This document shows positions 18,471 through 26,480 of a DNA stretch of 64,000 nt, in pieces. The notes beneath the pieces are model-generated. The model made no database searches. It was given only the letters and a program-made list of their open reading frames with translations, and was not told the origin of the DNA. The stretch spans positions 12,917 through 76,916 of the forward strand of contig SHLT01000003.1 of NCBI GenBank assembly GCA_004282875.1, read 5' to 3'. Position numbers and translations under genes: made by a program. The first letter of the stretch is position 1. Every line of letters begins with the position of its first letter. The DNA is from Chromatiales bacterium (GTDB taxonomy: Bacteria; Pseudomonadota; Gammaproteobacteria; Steroidobacterales; Woeseiaceae).

Positions 18471-19349
18471 TTGAAGACGTTGCGCGATGCAATTCGGCAG
18501 AAGGACCTTGTCATCACGGCAGACCTGCCGCTATCACCAACGACCACGGCTGAGGATATCGAGTCAGCGGCATTGGCGCTGCGGTCCGTCGTTGATGCTG
18601 TGCAGATCATTGATGACCGCGAGGCGTCCGGTCACATGTCGTCACTCGCCGCCGCCGCGATCGCATTGCGAGCGGGCATTGACCCGGTGTTGCATCTGAC
18701 GGCCCGGGATCGCAATCGGGTTGCGTTGCAGGCAGAGCTTCTCGGCGCCGCAGCGCTGGGATTGACGTCCCTGGTTATCTCCCGTGGCGAGAAGCTGTCG
18801 AAAAAGGAGTTCCTGCGCGGCAAGGGCGTGTTCGATACCAACGAAGCCCGTTTCATGGGTATGGCACGGCGGGTCGGCGAGGAATCCGGCCTCGTCTCCG
18901 CGCCCGGCTTTCTTCTCGGAACCTACGTGACGGTCTTTGCCCCGGCCGACAATTGGCAGGCGAAGCGCATTGGTGAATCCCTGGATACCGGCGTCAGTAT
19001 CCTCTACACACAGCCCTGCCTCAACAGCCGCCTGCTTGGCCTGTACATGAAGAAGCTCGTCGAGAAGAAAATTCTGCACCGCGCATCGGTCATCGCCGAG
19101 GTGCCGCTACTGGGTTCTCGCGAAAGCGCCCGAGACTACAAGAAGAAAAACCCGATCGCCCTGATTCCCGACACGACGGTGAAACGCATTGTTGAGGCCG
19201 ATGATCCGGCGGACGCCGGTTTTGCGGCCTGTGTCGAGATGCTGCGCGAGACGCGTTCTATCCCCGGCATAGCGGGTGTGACTATCCGGCACACTGGCAG
19301 CGCCCAAAACGTCGTCGCGGCTGTCGAAGCTGCCGGCCTCGCGAGCTAG
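18471..19349 (+). CDS. methylenetetrahydrofolate reductase (MetF)-like protein, divergent
   Basis: 292 aa, TTG start. HLTARDRN..LGLTSLVISRGEK lines up with the MetF HLTCRD...LRGD region but has substitutions. Family call from recall. Confidence 0.55.
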   Translation: MKTLRDAIRQKDLVITADLPLSPTTTAEDIESAALALRSVVDAVQIIDDREASGHMSSLAAAAIALRAGIDPVLHLTARDRNRVALQAELLGAAALGLTSLVISRGEKLSKKEFLRGKGVFDTNEARFMGMARRVGEESGLVSAPGFLLGTYVTVFAPADNWQAKRIGESLDTGVSILYTQPCLNSRLLGLYMKKLVEKKILHRASVIAEVPLLGSRESARDYKKKNPIALIPDTTVKRIVEADDPADAGFAACVEMLRETRSIPGIAGVTIRHTGSAQNVVAAVEAAGLAS

Positions 19350-20314
19350 GAAACGCTCGGCACGGGATAAGGCCAGACCTCGAGTCCGTGGATCGCGTTG
19401 CGTATATCCCTGGAAAAATTAACAGACATGACGGACTGTCCGCTGGCGAGGTCGAAAACCGAGACAGTCGATGGCGATGAGCCGGCGGCGATGAGCTGGT
19501 CGTTAATCAGGCAGAGACCTCGCCCGAACCCCTGTCGCGCAATTTTTGAATCGTCAATACCCGCAAACTCCAGTTCGTCGTCGGGATAGGTCGGAAACGG
19601 AAACCGTCGTTCTTCGCCGTCGCGCCGGACATAGCGCAGGAAGTTGGCAGCCGTGTCGTTGAAGATCACGCCGTCATCGGTCAGGCAGGCGTTGTGAACA
19701 CCCTCGGGCAGTTCGACCTGGGGCTGCAGGCTGGCGCCGGGCGCGAGGCTGATGATGCCGCGAGTGCGCAGGCCGGCGAACGACAGGCCGGCCGCACTGC
19801 AGTCGACGTAGTTGATGTGCAATTGGTTTCTCGATGGCGGACCGACATCGCTCTTGGGGTCGAAGCGGTGTGCCTGCCAGTCGCCGTCGACCTTGGCGGC
19901 GTGCAGGCCCCAGGTAAATTCCTGCGCGGCGAGGTCAAAGGCGAGAATGCTGTCGAACCCCGTACTGGCCAGGTAGAGCTTGCCGTCATGCACTGAGATT
20001 TCGTGGCAGTGTTTGAGGTAGGGGCTGCGAAACGAGCGCAGTTGCCGAAACTGCTGGTCGTACACAAAGAGTTCGTCGCTGGCTGCGATGTACACCTCGC
20101 CGTCGTGAAACGCGATGCCGCGCAAACCGCGATCCCAGCCACGGCCCGCCCAGTCGATGTTCGCGGTATTCCAGTCGAGGACCTGCAGGACGGACTGCGA
20201 CGCGGGGTCGACAATGAAGACACCACCGTGGCTTTGGCCCTGTTCGCTCCCCCGTACCACGGAGGTCGCGATCAACGGCGGGATATCGGATACTGACTGG
20301 ATTGTTTCTGACAT
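19346..20314 (-). CDS. hypothetical protein, repeat-rich (beta-propeller-like; possibly TIGR03032/DUF4915-like)
   Basis: 322-aa ORF with recurring units (GIAFHDGEVYIAASDELFVYD; EISVHDGKLYLASTGFDSILAFD; LINDQLIAAGSSPSTVSVFD). The family name is a low-confidence recollection. Confidence 0.45.
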   Translation of the reverse strand: MSETIQSVSDIPPLIATSVVRGSEQGQSHGGVFIVDPASQSVLQVLDWNTANIDWAGRGWDRGLRGIAFHDGEVYIAASDELFVYDQQFRQLRSFRSPYLKHCHEISVHDGKLYLASTGFDSILAFDLAAQEFTWGLHAAKVDGDWQAHRFDPKSDVGPPSRNQLHINYVDCSAAGLSFAGLRTRGIISLAPGASLQPQVELPEGVHNACLTDDGVIFNDTAANFLRYVRRDGEERRFPFPTYPDDELEFAGIDDSKIARQGFGRGLCLINDQLIAAGSSPSTVSVFDLASGQSVMSVNFSRDIRNAIHGLEVWPYPVPSVS

Positions 20315-20329
20315 GAGGTCGGACGGTAC

Positions 20330-21685
20330 ATGACCGACACAGATTCGACAATTGTCGCGTCAACCTGGACGCAAGCGCTGCGCCCGCCGGAAAAACTCCC
20401 GAAGGCGGCCGATGTCGTCATCATCGGCGGCGGCATTGTGGGCGTGTCGACGGCGTGGTTTCTCGCCCGGCAGGGCGTGCAGGTCGTGCTCTGTGAAAAA
20501 GGCCATATCGCCGGCGAACAGTCGGGCCGGAACTGGGGCTGGGTCCGTGTGCAGGGCCGCGATGCTCGCGAGATCCCTATGATGCTCGAATCGATTCGCA
20601 TCTGGGACCGGCTGCAGGAGGACACGGGTGAGGATGTGGGTTTCGTCCGGCGTGGCTGCCTGTTCACGGCGGGCAGCGACAAGGAGATGCGGTCTTTCGA
20701 AAACTGGATCGCCGTTGCCGGGGACTACGGTATTGAGTCCCGGCTGCTATCCGCGACGGAGCTGAAGAAGCTGGTCCCGGGATCGGCATTGAAACGGGCC
20801 GGCGCAGTCTATACAGAGTCGGACGGCCGCGCGGAGCCGCACAAGGCGGCACCCGCGATCGCCAGGGCGGCGCAGCGTGCCGGCGCCACGATCCTGACGT
20901 CCTGTGCCGTTCGCGGTATCGAAACCAGCGGCGGGGCCGTATCGGCGGTGGTCACGGAGCACGGCACAATCAGTGCGCCGACGGTGCTCTGCGCCGCGGG
21001 AGCCTGGTCGTCAATGTTCTGCAGGTCGCTCGGTGTTGGTGTTCCGCAGTTGAAAGTCCGCGGCACCGTTGCGCGTACCGCGCCCTGCGAAAACGTCCTC
21101 GAGGGCAACCTGTTCGATGAGCGGCTTGGCGTTCGGCGGCGGCAGGACGGCGGACTCACTTTAGCTCATGGCACCATTCTGCAGCACCCTGTTACGCCCT
21201 CGACATTTCGCTGGGGCGTCAAGTTCATCCCGGCGCTCATGCAGGAGCTGAAAGTGTTGCGCCTGTCGTTCGGCAAGGAGTTTTTCGAGGAATGGCGGCA
21301 GCCGGCAAGCTGGGATCTCGACGCGGTGTCGCCGTTTGAGCAAACCCGCGTACTCAACCCGGAGCCGAGCGCCAAGGTACTCAAGGGCATACGCAGGAAC
21401 CTCGACACGATGTTCCCGCAGCTGGCCGATACGCCGATCGTCGAAAGCTGGGCGGGAATGGTGGAAACTTCGCCGGATGTTGTGCCGATGATCGGCGCGG
21501 TCGACGGCAAGCCCGGTTTTTATCTTGCGACCGGTTTCAGCGGGCACGGATTCGGTCTTGGGCCCGGTGCGGGCAAGGTGATAGCGGGCATGCTGACAAA
21601 CACCGACACGGGCATCGACATTGCGCCACTGCGGCTCGGCCGCTTTTTTGACGGCAGCCCGATCAAGCCGCAGTCCACGATCTAA
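20330..21685 (+). CDS. FAD-dependent oxidoreductase (DAO / D-amino-acid dehydrogenase-like family)
   Basis: ADVVIIGGGIVGVSTAWFLARQG Rossmann motif. 451 aa. C-terminal GFSGHGFGLGPG. Confidence 0.85.
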   Translation: MTDTDSTIVASTWTQALRPPEKLPKAADVVIIGGGIVGVSTAWFLARQGVQVVLCEKGHIAGEQSGRNWGWVRVQGRDAREIPMMLESIRIWDRLQEDTGEDVGFVRRGCLFTAGSDKEMRSFENWIAVAGDYGIESRLLSATELKKLVPGSALKRAGAVYTESDGRAEPHKAAPAIARAAQRAGATILTSCAVRGIETSGGAVSAVVTEHGTISAPTVLCAAGAWSSMFCRSLGVGVPQLKVRGTVARTAPCENVLEGNLFDERLGVRRRQDGGLTLAHGTILQHPVTPSTFRWGVKFIPALMQELKVLRLSFGKEFFEEWRQPASWDLDAVSPFEQTRVLNPEPSAKVLKGIRRNLDTMFPQLADTPIVESWAGMVETSPDVVPMIGAVDGKPGFYLATGFSGHGFGLGPGAGKVIAGMLTNTDTGIDIAPLRLGRFFDGSPIKPQSTI

Positions 21686-21700
21686 AAGGGACCGAAACTC

Positions 21701-22516
21701 ATGAAAGACGCAATCGATATCGCAGTCGTCACGGGTGGCGGACACGGCATCGGCCGCGCGCTATGCCGGCGCCTGCATCGCGACGGCACCAAGGTCGTTG
21801 TCGCAGACCTCGACGCAGCGGCGGCCGGAGTCGTGGCTGCAGAGATAGATGGTGTCGCCATGGCGCTTGACGTAGCTGATGAGCAGGCAATACGCGAACT
21901 GGTCGACGAGGTCGAGCGCGAGCTCGGACCCATAGACCTGTTCGTTTCAAATGCGGGCGTGGCGTTCGGTGATGGACCAAGCGGCGCGACATCCGCGAAA
22001 GGTGGCTTAAACCCCGCGGACGACCGCTGGGAAGCCTGCTGGCGCGTTAATGTGATGGCGCACGTCTTCGCGGCGCGCGCTCTGGTTCCGCGCATGCTGG
22101 AGCGCGGCGGCGGCCGAATCGTGAATGTCGCCTCGGCGGCGGGACTGCTCAGCCAGATCGGCGACGCGGCCTATTCGACGACCAAGCACGCGGCCGTGGG
22201 TTTCGCCGAGTCGCTGGCGATCGACTACGGCGATCGTGGTATCCAGGTCTCGGTAGTCTGCCCACAGGCTGTCGCGACGCGCATGATCGGTATCGAAGAC
22301 GATGCCGACTCGATGGATGGCGGCTTCGGCGGCAATGATGTCGACGGCATCATGAGCGCCGACGACGTGGCGGACATTATCGTTGCCGGGGCACTTGATG
22401 GGCGTTTCCTGATACTTACGCATCCCGAAGTCGCAACCTATGTGCAGCGCAAGGCGAGCGATCACGACCGCTGGATCGGCGGCATGCAGCGCTTCAGGGA
22501 AAAACTCAAGACTTAG
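21701..22516 (+). CDS. SDR-family oxidoreductase
   Basis: VVTGGGHGIGRA cofactor motif, NAG, catalytic YSTTKHA. Confidence 0.85.
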   Translation: MKDAIDIAVVTGGGHGIGRALCRRLHRDGTKVVVADLDAAAAGVVAAEIDGVAMALDVADEQAIRELVDEVERELGPIDLFVSNAGVAFGDGPSGATSAKGGLNPADDRWEACWRVNVMAHVFAARALVPRMLERGGGRIVNVASAAGLLSQIGDAAYSTTKHAAVGFAESLAIDYGDRGIQVSVVCPQAVATRMIGIEDDADSMDGGFGGNDVDGIMSADDVADIIVAGALDGRFLILTHPEVATYVQRKASDHDRWIGGMQRFREKLKT

Positions 22517-22845
22517 GGCGAGCCGCTCGCCTGCCAGAGCACCGACGAGCGCTGTCCCGAGTTGCAATAGGCGAGCACCAGGCCGGAACTGGCGGTAACG
22601 GCGTCCCGGAAATTCTCGACCATTTCCATCGTGAGTCCACTGCGGCCGATGGGGATATTGTGGAACGTAATATTGTGTGCTTTGCATTCGTCCGCAATTG
22701 CAGAGGCAGTGGGCTGCCTGAAATCTTCGCCATCGGGACGATTGCAGATGATTGTCGTGAAGCCGTCGGCGGCCAGCGCGGCGACGTCGTCGGGTCCTAT
22801 CTGCGAGGCAACGGCGCAGGTTTCGCTGAGTCGATAAATCGGCAT
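22513..22845 (-). CDS. TIGR01244/DUF442-family protein (Blh N-terminal-type phosphatase-fold sulfur-transfer domain)
   Basis: 110 aa. SQIGPDDVAALAADGFTTIICNRPDGE is the typical opening of the DUF442 domain. It sits 4 nt downstream of the MBL-fold gene. Confidence 0.65.
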   Translation of the reverse strand: MPIYRLSETCAVASQIGPDDVAALAADGFTTIICNRPDGEDFRQPTASAIADECKAHNITFHNIPIGRSGLTMEMVENFRDAVTASSGLVLAYCNSGQRSSVLWQASGSP

Positions 22846-22849
22846 TGGC

Positions 22850-23713
22850 TCAGACGGCGTCCAACGGGATCTTCAGGTAGCGCACGTCATTGTCTTCCGG
22901 GTCCGGAAGCTCGCCGGCACGAAGGTTGACCTGCAGCGACGGCAGAATGAGCTTGGGCATGCCAAGCTGGCTGTCGCGGCCCTCTCGCATTTCTACAAAC
23001 TCGTCGCGCGACACGTTCTCATTGATATGGATGTTGTTGGCCTTTTGCTCGGCGACGCTCGTTTCCCAGGCGAATTCGTCACGCCCCGGCGCCTTGTAAT
23101 CGTGACACATGAACAGGCGCGTATCGCCAGGCAGGGCGAGGATCTTGCGGATCGACTCGTACAACTGCGGCGCACTGCCGCCCGGGAAGTCCGTGCGGGC
23201 GCTGCCGAAGTCGGGCATGAACAGCGTGTCGCCCACGAAGGCCGCGTCGCCAATGACGTATGTGATGCAGGCCGGCGTGTGGCCGGGCGTGGCGATTACG
23301 TGACCCGCGATGTCGCCAATGGCGATGCTGTCCGCGTCGCCGAAGAGGTGGTCGAACTGGCTGCCGTCGGTGGCGAGGTCCTTGAGATTGAAGACGCCTT
23401 TGAAGGTTTCCTGCACGGCCGCGACATCCTTGCCGATCGCCGCTTTGCCACCGAGTTTTTCTCTTATATAAGGAGCGCCGCTCAGGTGGTCCGCATGGAC
23501 GTGCGTTTCCAGTATCCAGTCGACGCCGAGATTGTTGTCGTTGACGTGCGCCACTACCTTGTCGGCAGATGCCGTCGAGGTCCTTCCCGATGCCGGGTCG
23601 AAGTCGAGCACCGGGTCGATGACCGCGGCGCGGCCCGTGGCAGGGTCGCTGACCACGTAGGTGACGGTAAACGTGGCTTCGTCGAAGAACGCCGATACGT
23701 TAGGCTTGCTCAT
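22850..23713 (-). CDS. MBL-fold metallo-hydrolase, persulfide dioxygenase (ETHE1/Blh C-terminal)-like
   Basis: HVHADHLSG (HxHxDH) motif. 287 aa. Overall layout matches type-II/III persulfide dioxygenases. Confidence 0.75.
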   Translation of the reverse strand: MSKPNVSAFFDEATFTVTYVVSDPATGRAAVIDPVLDFDPASGRTSTASADKVVAHVNDNNLGVDWILETHVHADHLSGAPYIREKLGGKAAIGKDVAAVQETFKGVFNLKDLATDGSQFDHLFGDADSIAIGDIAGHVIATPGHTPACITYVIGDAAFVGDTLFMPDFGSARTDFPGGSAPQLYESIRKILALPGDTRLFMCHDYKAPGRDEFAWETSVAEQKANNIHINENVSRDEFVEMREGRDSQLGMPKLILPSLQVNLRAGELPDPEDNDVRYLKIPLDAV

Positions 23714-23734
23714 GGGATGTAACCAGATACTAGA

Positions 23735-24814
23735 ATGTCTTTATATTATAAAAACCTAATATATTCCTGTCAATTTGTCCTGCTCCTGGGGGCTCTCCAG
23801 GCAGCCGATGCTTACGAGTTGGAGGCCACGGAAATGGCACCGATGCCTGTGGCAGTCAGCAATAACGGCCTGGTTGGGCTCGATGTGGACGGTACCGGCT
23901 ACATCGTGAGTTTCGCGGGGCTGGGTAACGGGCGCAGCGACGAAGATACGCTCGCTACGACCTGGGTGTACGACGCTCGCAGCGCCAAATGGTCGCAGGC
24001 CGATGATGTGCCGGGTGGCGTCGGCCGCCTTGCATCGACCGCCGCCGCGGCCGGGGAGCGTGCGTTTATCTTCGGGGGCTATACCGTCGAGGAAGACGGC
24101 AGCGAGGTGTCCACACCATGGACCCATGCGTTCGACCCGGTGACAGGCGTCTTCGAGGAGCGGGCCCCTATGCCGGTCCCTGTGGACGACTCGATCGCGC
24201 TGACCTGGCAGGACCGCTACATCTACTTGCTTAGTGGCTGGCACAACTCGGGCAATGTGAACCTCGTGCAACGCTACGACACGATCGAGAACACGTGGGT
24301 GCAGGCGACCCCGATTCCGGGTCCGGGTGTGTTCGGCCAGGCCGGCGGGATTGTCGGCAACACGATTGCGTACTGCGATGGTGTGGCGATCAAGCCGCAT
24401 CCCGAGCAACGCCGCGACTTCGTTGCCAGCAACCGGTGCTTTCGCGGCGCTATCCGGCCCGACGACCCATCCCGAATCGACTGGCACACGCTATCGCCGC
24501 ATCCGGGCCCGCCGCGTTACCGCATGGCAGCGGCCGGTAGCGACGCGCTAGGCGCAGTCGTCTTCGTTGGCGGAAGCGACAATCCGTACAACTACAATGG
24601 CATCGGTTACAACGGTGAGCCGTCGCAGCCGGTTGCCGAAATCCTGTTACTCGATATCGAGTCCGGTGAGTGGCAGACGGTGGAGATAGATGCACCGGCG
24701 ACCATGGATCACCGCGCGCTCGTACCTTTCGGTGACGCACTCGTAACGGCCGGCGGCATGCTGGCGGACCAGCGCACCACGAAGCGCGTCATCGCCTATT
24801 CGATCAGGCGTTAA
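23735..24814 (+). CDS. exported Kelch-repeat (galactose-oxidase-like beta-propeller) protein
   Basis: Putative signal peptide (FVLLLGALQAADA). Recurring Kelch-like units (AFIFGGYT, IYLLSGWHN, VFVGGSDNPYNYNG). The start is uncertain because nt 23735-23760 are very AT-rich. Confidence 0.6.
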   Translation: MSLYYKNLIYSCQFVLLLGALQAADAYELEATEMAPMPVAVSNNGLVGLDVDGTGYIVSFAGLGNGRSDEDTLATTWVYDARSAKWSQADDVPGGVGRLASTAAAAGERAFIFGGYTVEEDGSEVSTPWTHAFDPVTGVFEERAPMPVPVDDSIALTWQDRYIYLLSGWHNSGNVNLVQRYDTIENTWVQATPIPGPGVFGQAGGIVGNTIAYCDGVAIKPHPEQRRDFVASNRCFRGAIRPDDPSRIDWHTLSPHPGPPRYRMAAAGSDALGAVVFVGGSDNPYNYNGIGYNGEPSQPVAEILLLDIESGEWQTVEIDAPATMDHRALVPFGDALVTAGGMLADQRTTKRVIAYSIRR

Positions 24815-26366
24815 CGAGCGCCTCGCGCAGCTCCTCAAATTCCGGCTTCAGTTTCGGCGGTGCTTTGCCGAGGCAGTGCTTGTCGCGCGGGCAGTTGGAA
24901 CTGCGCTGACAGATGATCGTGGCGTCTTTCGACGCGCCTTCACCAATCCAGCCAATGTTGAGGATCTTGCTGATGCTCTCGAGCTGCTTGCGTGACTCGG
25001 CCGGAATCGGCGCTGTACCGCCGCCCTTGTTGCAACTGGCCTCGATCATGTCGATGGTTTCGGCAGGGTCGATGTTCTGCGCCGTCAGCGCGGGCGCGAG
25101 GTCTACACCGGCGCAGAGCACGTGCGTATTGCCTGCCGCGTCCTTGCTGCGAATCGACTCGCAACAGTACAGGCGCTTGTCGTCACCTGACCTTAGTACG
25201 GAGATCTGTGCCGACGGTTTGGTCGATCGGGAATTGAGCATGCGAAAAACAGCCCAGTGCTGACACGGATCCGAGACCAGTCGCATATTGCCCCAAGGCA
25301 GCGGGATGCCATTGCCGCGATAGACAGCGCGCAGGTTGCCTGGCGGATATGCGTCGAAGTAGTGCCAATGAAGGTAAGGCGAGACACTCGACATGCGGCG
25401 CATTACCAGCGTATTGGTGAGTTCCGCCTTGTCGCCCGAGTCGATGGAATACGCATTGCGTGCAAGGAACTGCCGGAACGGAGTCTTGGGTGCGAGCAGG
25501 GCTGCGGCGAAATACGAGCATTCGAAATCTCGCCAGGCATAGAGAATGTCCTTGGCGTCGACATTCAATGACTCTGAATCGTGGCGCCGCCCCGTCGCGT
25601 GCCCGCCTGACATCTGCGGCGCGCGGGCGCCGTCTCCATCGTGCAGAACCTTGTGCCCGATCTGGTTGGCAAGGTCGAACTTGAGCCGCGCCGGATTTTT
25701 CCGCAGCAGCCGGTTAAGGAAAATCTTATCGGGCGAATCGAAGAATGAACGCACGAGCGTGTGGTTCTGCAGTTCATCATCGCCCCTTGCCTTGAAAGCG
25801 CTGTTATCGAACCACTCGATTTTGAGACCCAGGTCCTGGGCAATCTCGAAAACATCATCGACCCGCATCGGGAAATGCTTCTTGCCAATCCGTTCGGCCG
25901 CACGCTCGATATCGGGGAAGCGATTGTGGTTCTGTTCCTGGTGGGCACGAATCAGCAGGTGCGCAAACTGTCGACCGGTAGTGCCGGTCTGCGCGAGCAG
26001 TTCGGGGATGGCGAGCTGCAGCAGCGACTCGGAAAAAAGGAATCCGGGTTCGAGGGGCATGCCGCTGACCGCGGCTGACGGTGCCGTGTCGATGGCCTCC
26101 TCGTCGAGGGATTCGTCGAAGAACCAGTGGGTATCTTTCTGAAAGATATCGGCGATGATTTCGAGCAGGCGCTCGGATGGGACGCGCTTGCCGTTCTCGA
26201 TCATCGAGAGGTAGGACACCGATGGGCCGGCTTCGGCATCTATTTGCACGCAGCGGACCGACAGGTCTTCGAGCGTCAGTCGATTGCGTTTGCGCAGGCT
26301 TTTGATCTTGGTACCGAGAAAATGCGCCTTTCGCCGGAGTCCCTGTTGAGCCGTCATAATCCGCAC
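24804..26366 (-). CDS. XRE-family HTH regulator with ImmA/IrrE-like and Cys-rich C-terminal domains (RamB / short-chain-fatty-acyl-CoA-regulator type)
   Basis: N-terminal HTH (LGTKIKSLRKRNRLTLEDLS..SYLSMIENGKR). ~520 aa with C-terminal cysteines (..CQRSSNCPRDKHC). It is divergent from malate synthase G, the classic context for RamB-like regulators. Start is GTG 26366 or ATG 26357. Confidence 0.75.
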   Translation of the reverse strand: MRIMTAQQGLRRKAHFLGTKIKSLRKRNRLTLEDLSVRCVQIDAEAGPSVSYLSMIENGKRVPSERLLEIIADIFQKDTHWFFDESLDEEAIDTAPSAAVSGMPLEPGFLFSESLLQLAIPELLAQTGTTGRQFAHLLIRAHQEQNHNRFPDIERAAERIGKKHFPMRVDDVFEIAQDLGLKIEWFDNSAFKARGDDELQNHTLVRSFFDSPDKIFLNRLLRKNPARLKFDLANQIGHKVLHDGDGARAPQMSGGHATGRRHDSESLNVDAKDILYAWRDFECSYFAAALLAPKTPFRQFLARNAYSIDSGDKAELTNTLVMRRMSSVSPYLHWHYFDAYPPGNLRAVYRGNGIPLPWGNMRLVSDPCQHWAVFRMLNSRSTKPSAQISVLRSGDDKRLYCCESIRSKDAAGNTHVLCAGVDLAPALTAQNIDPAETIDMIEASCNKGGGTAPIPAESRKQLESISKILNIGWIGEGASKDATIICQRSSNCPRDKHCLGKAPPKLKPEFEELREALVNA

Positions 26367-26368
26367 CG

Positions 26369-26411
26369 GTGTGAAATTAACTAAGTGAAATTTTGCTTGT
26401 AAAATTTACAA
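26369..26411. promoter_or_regulatory. candidate operator cluster in the regulator/glcB divergent region
   Basis: GTGTGAAATT (26369-26378), GTGAAATT (26385-26392) and the 7-1-7 palindrome TTGTAAAATTTACAA (26397-26411). The same motif type recurs upstream of aceA. Confidence 0.4.
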
Positions 26412-26480
26412 AAATCAACTGCTAGTATAGCCTGCCGTTTGTTGCGCAATGATTGACAGTAGCTCGCATTACAGGAGGTA

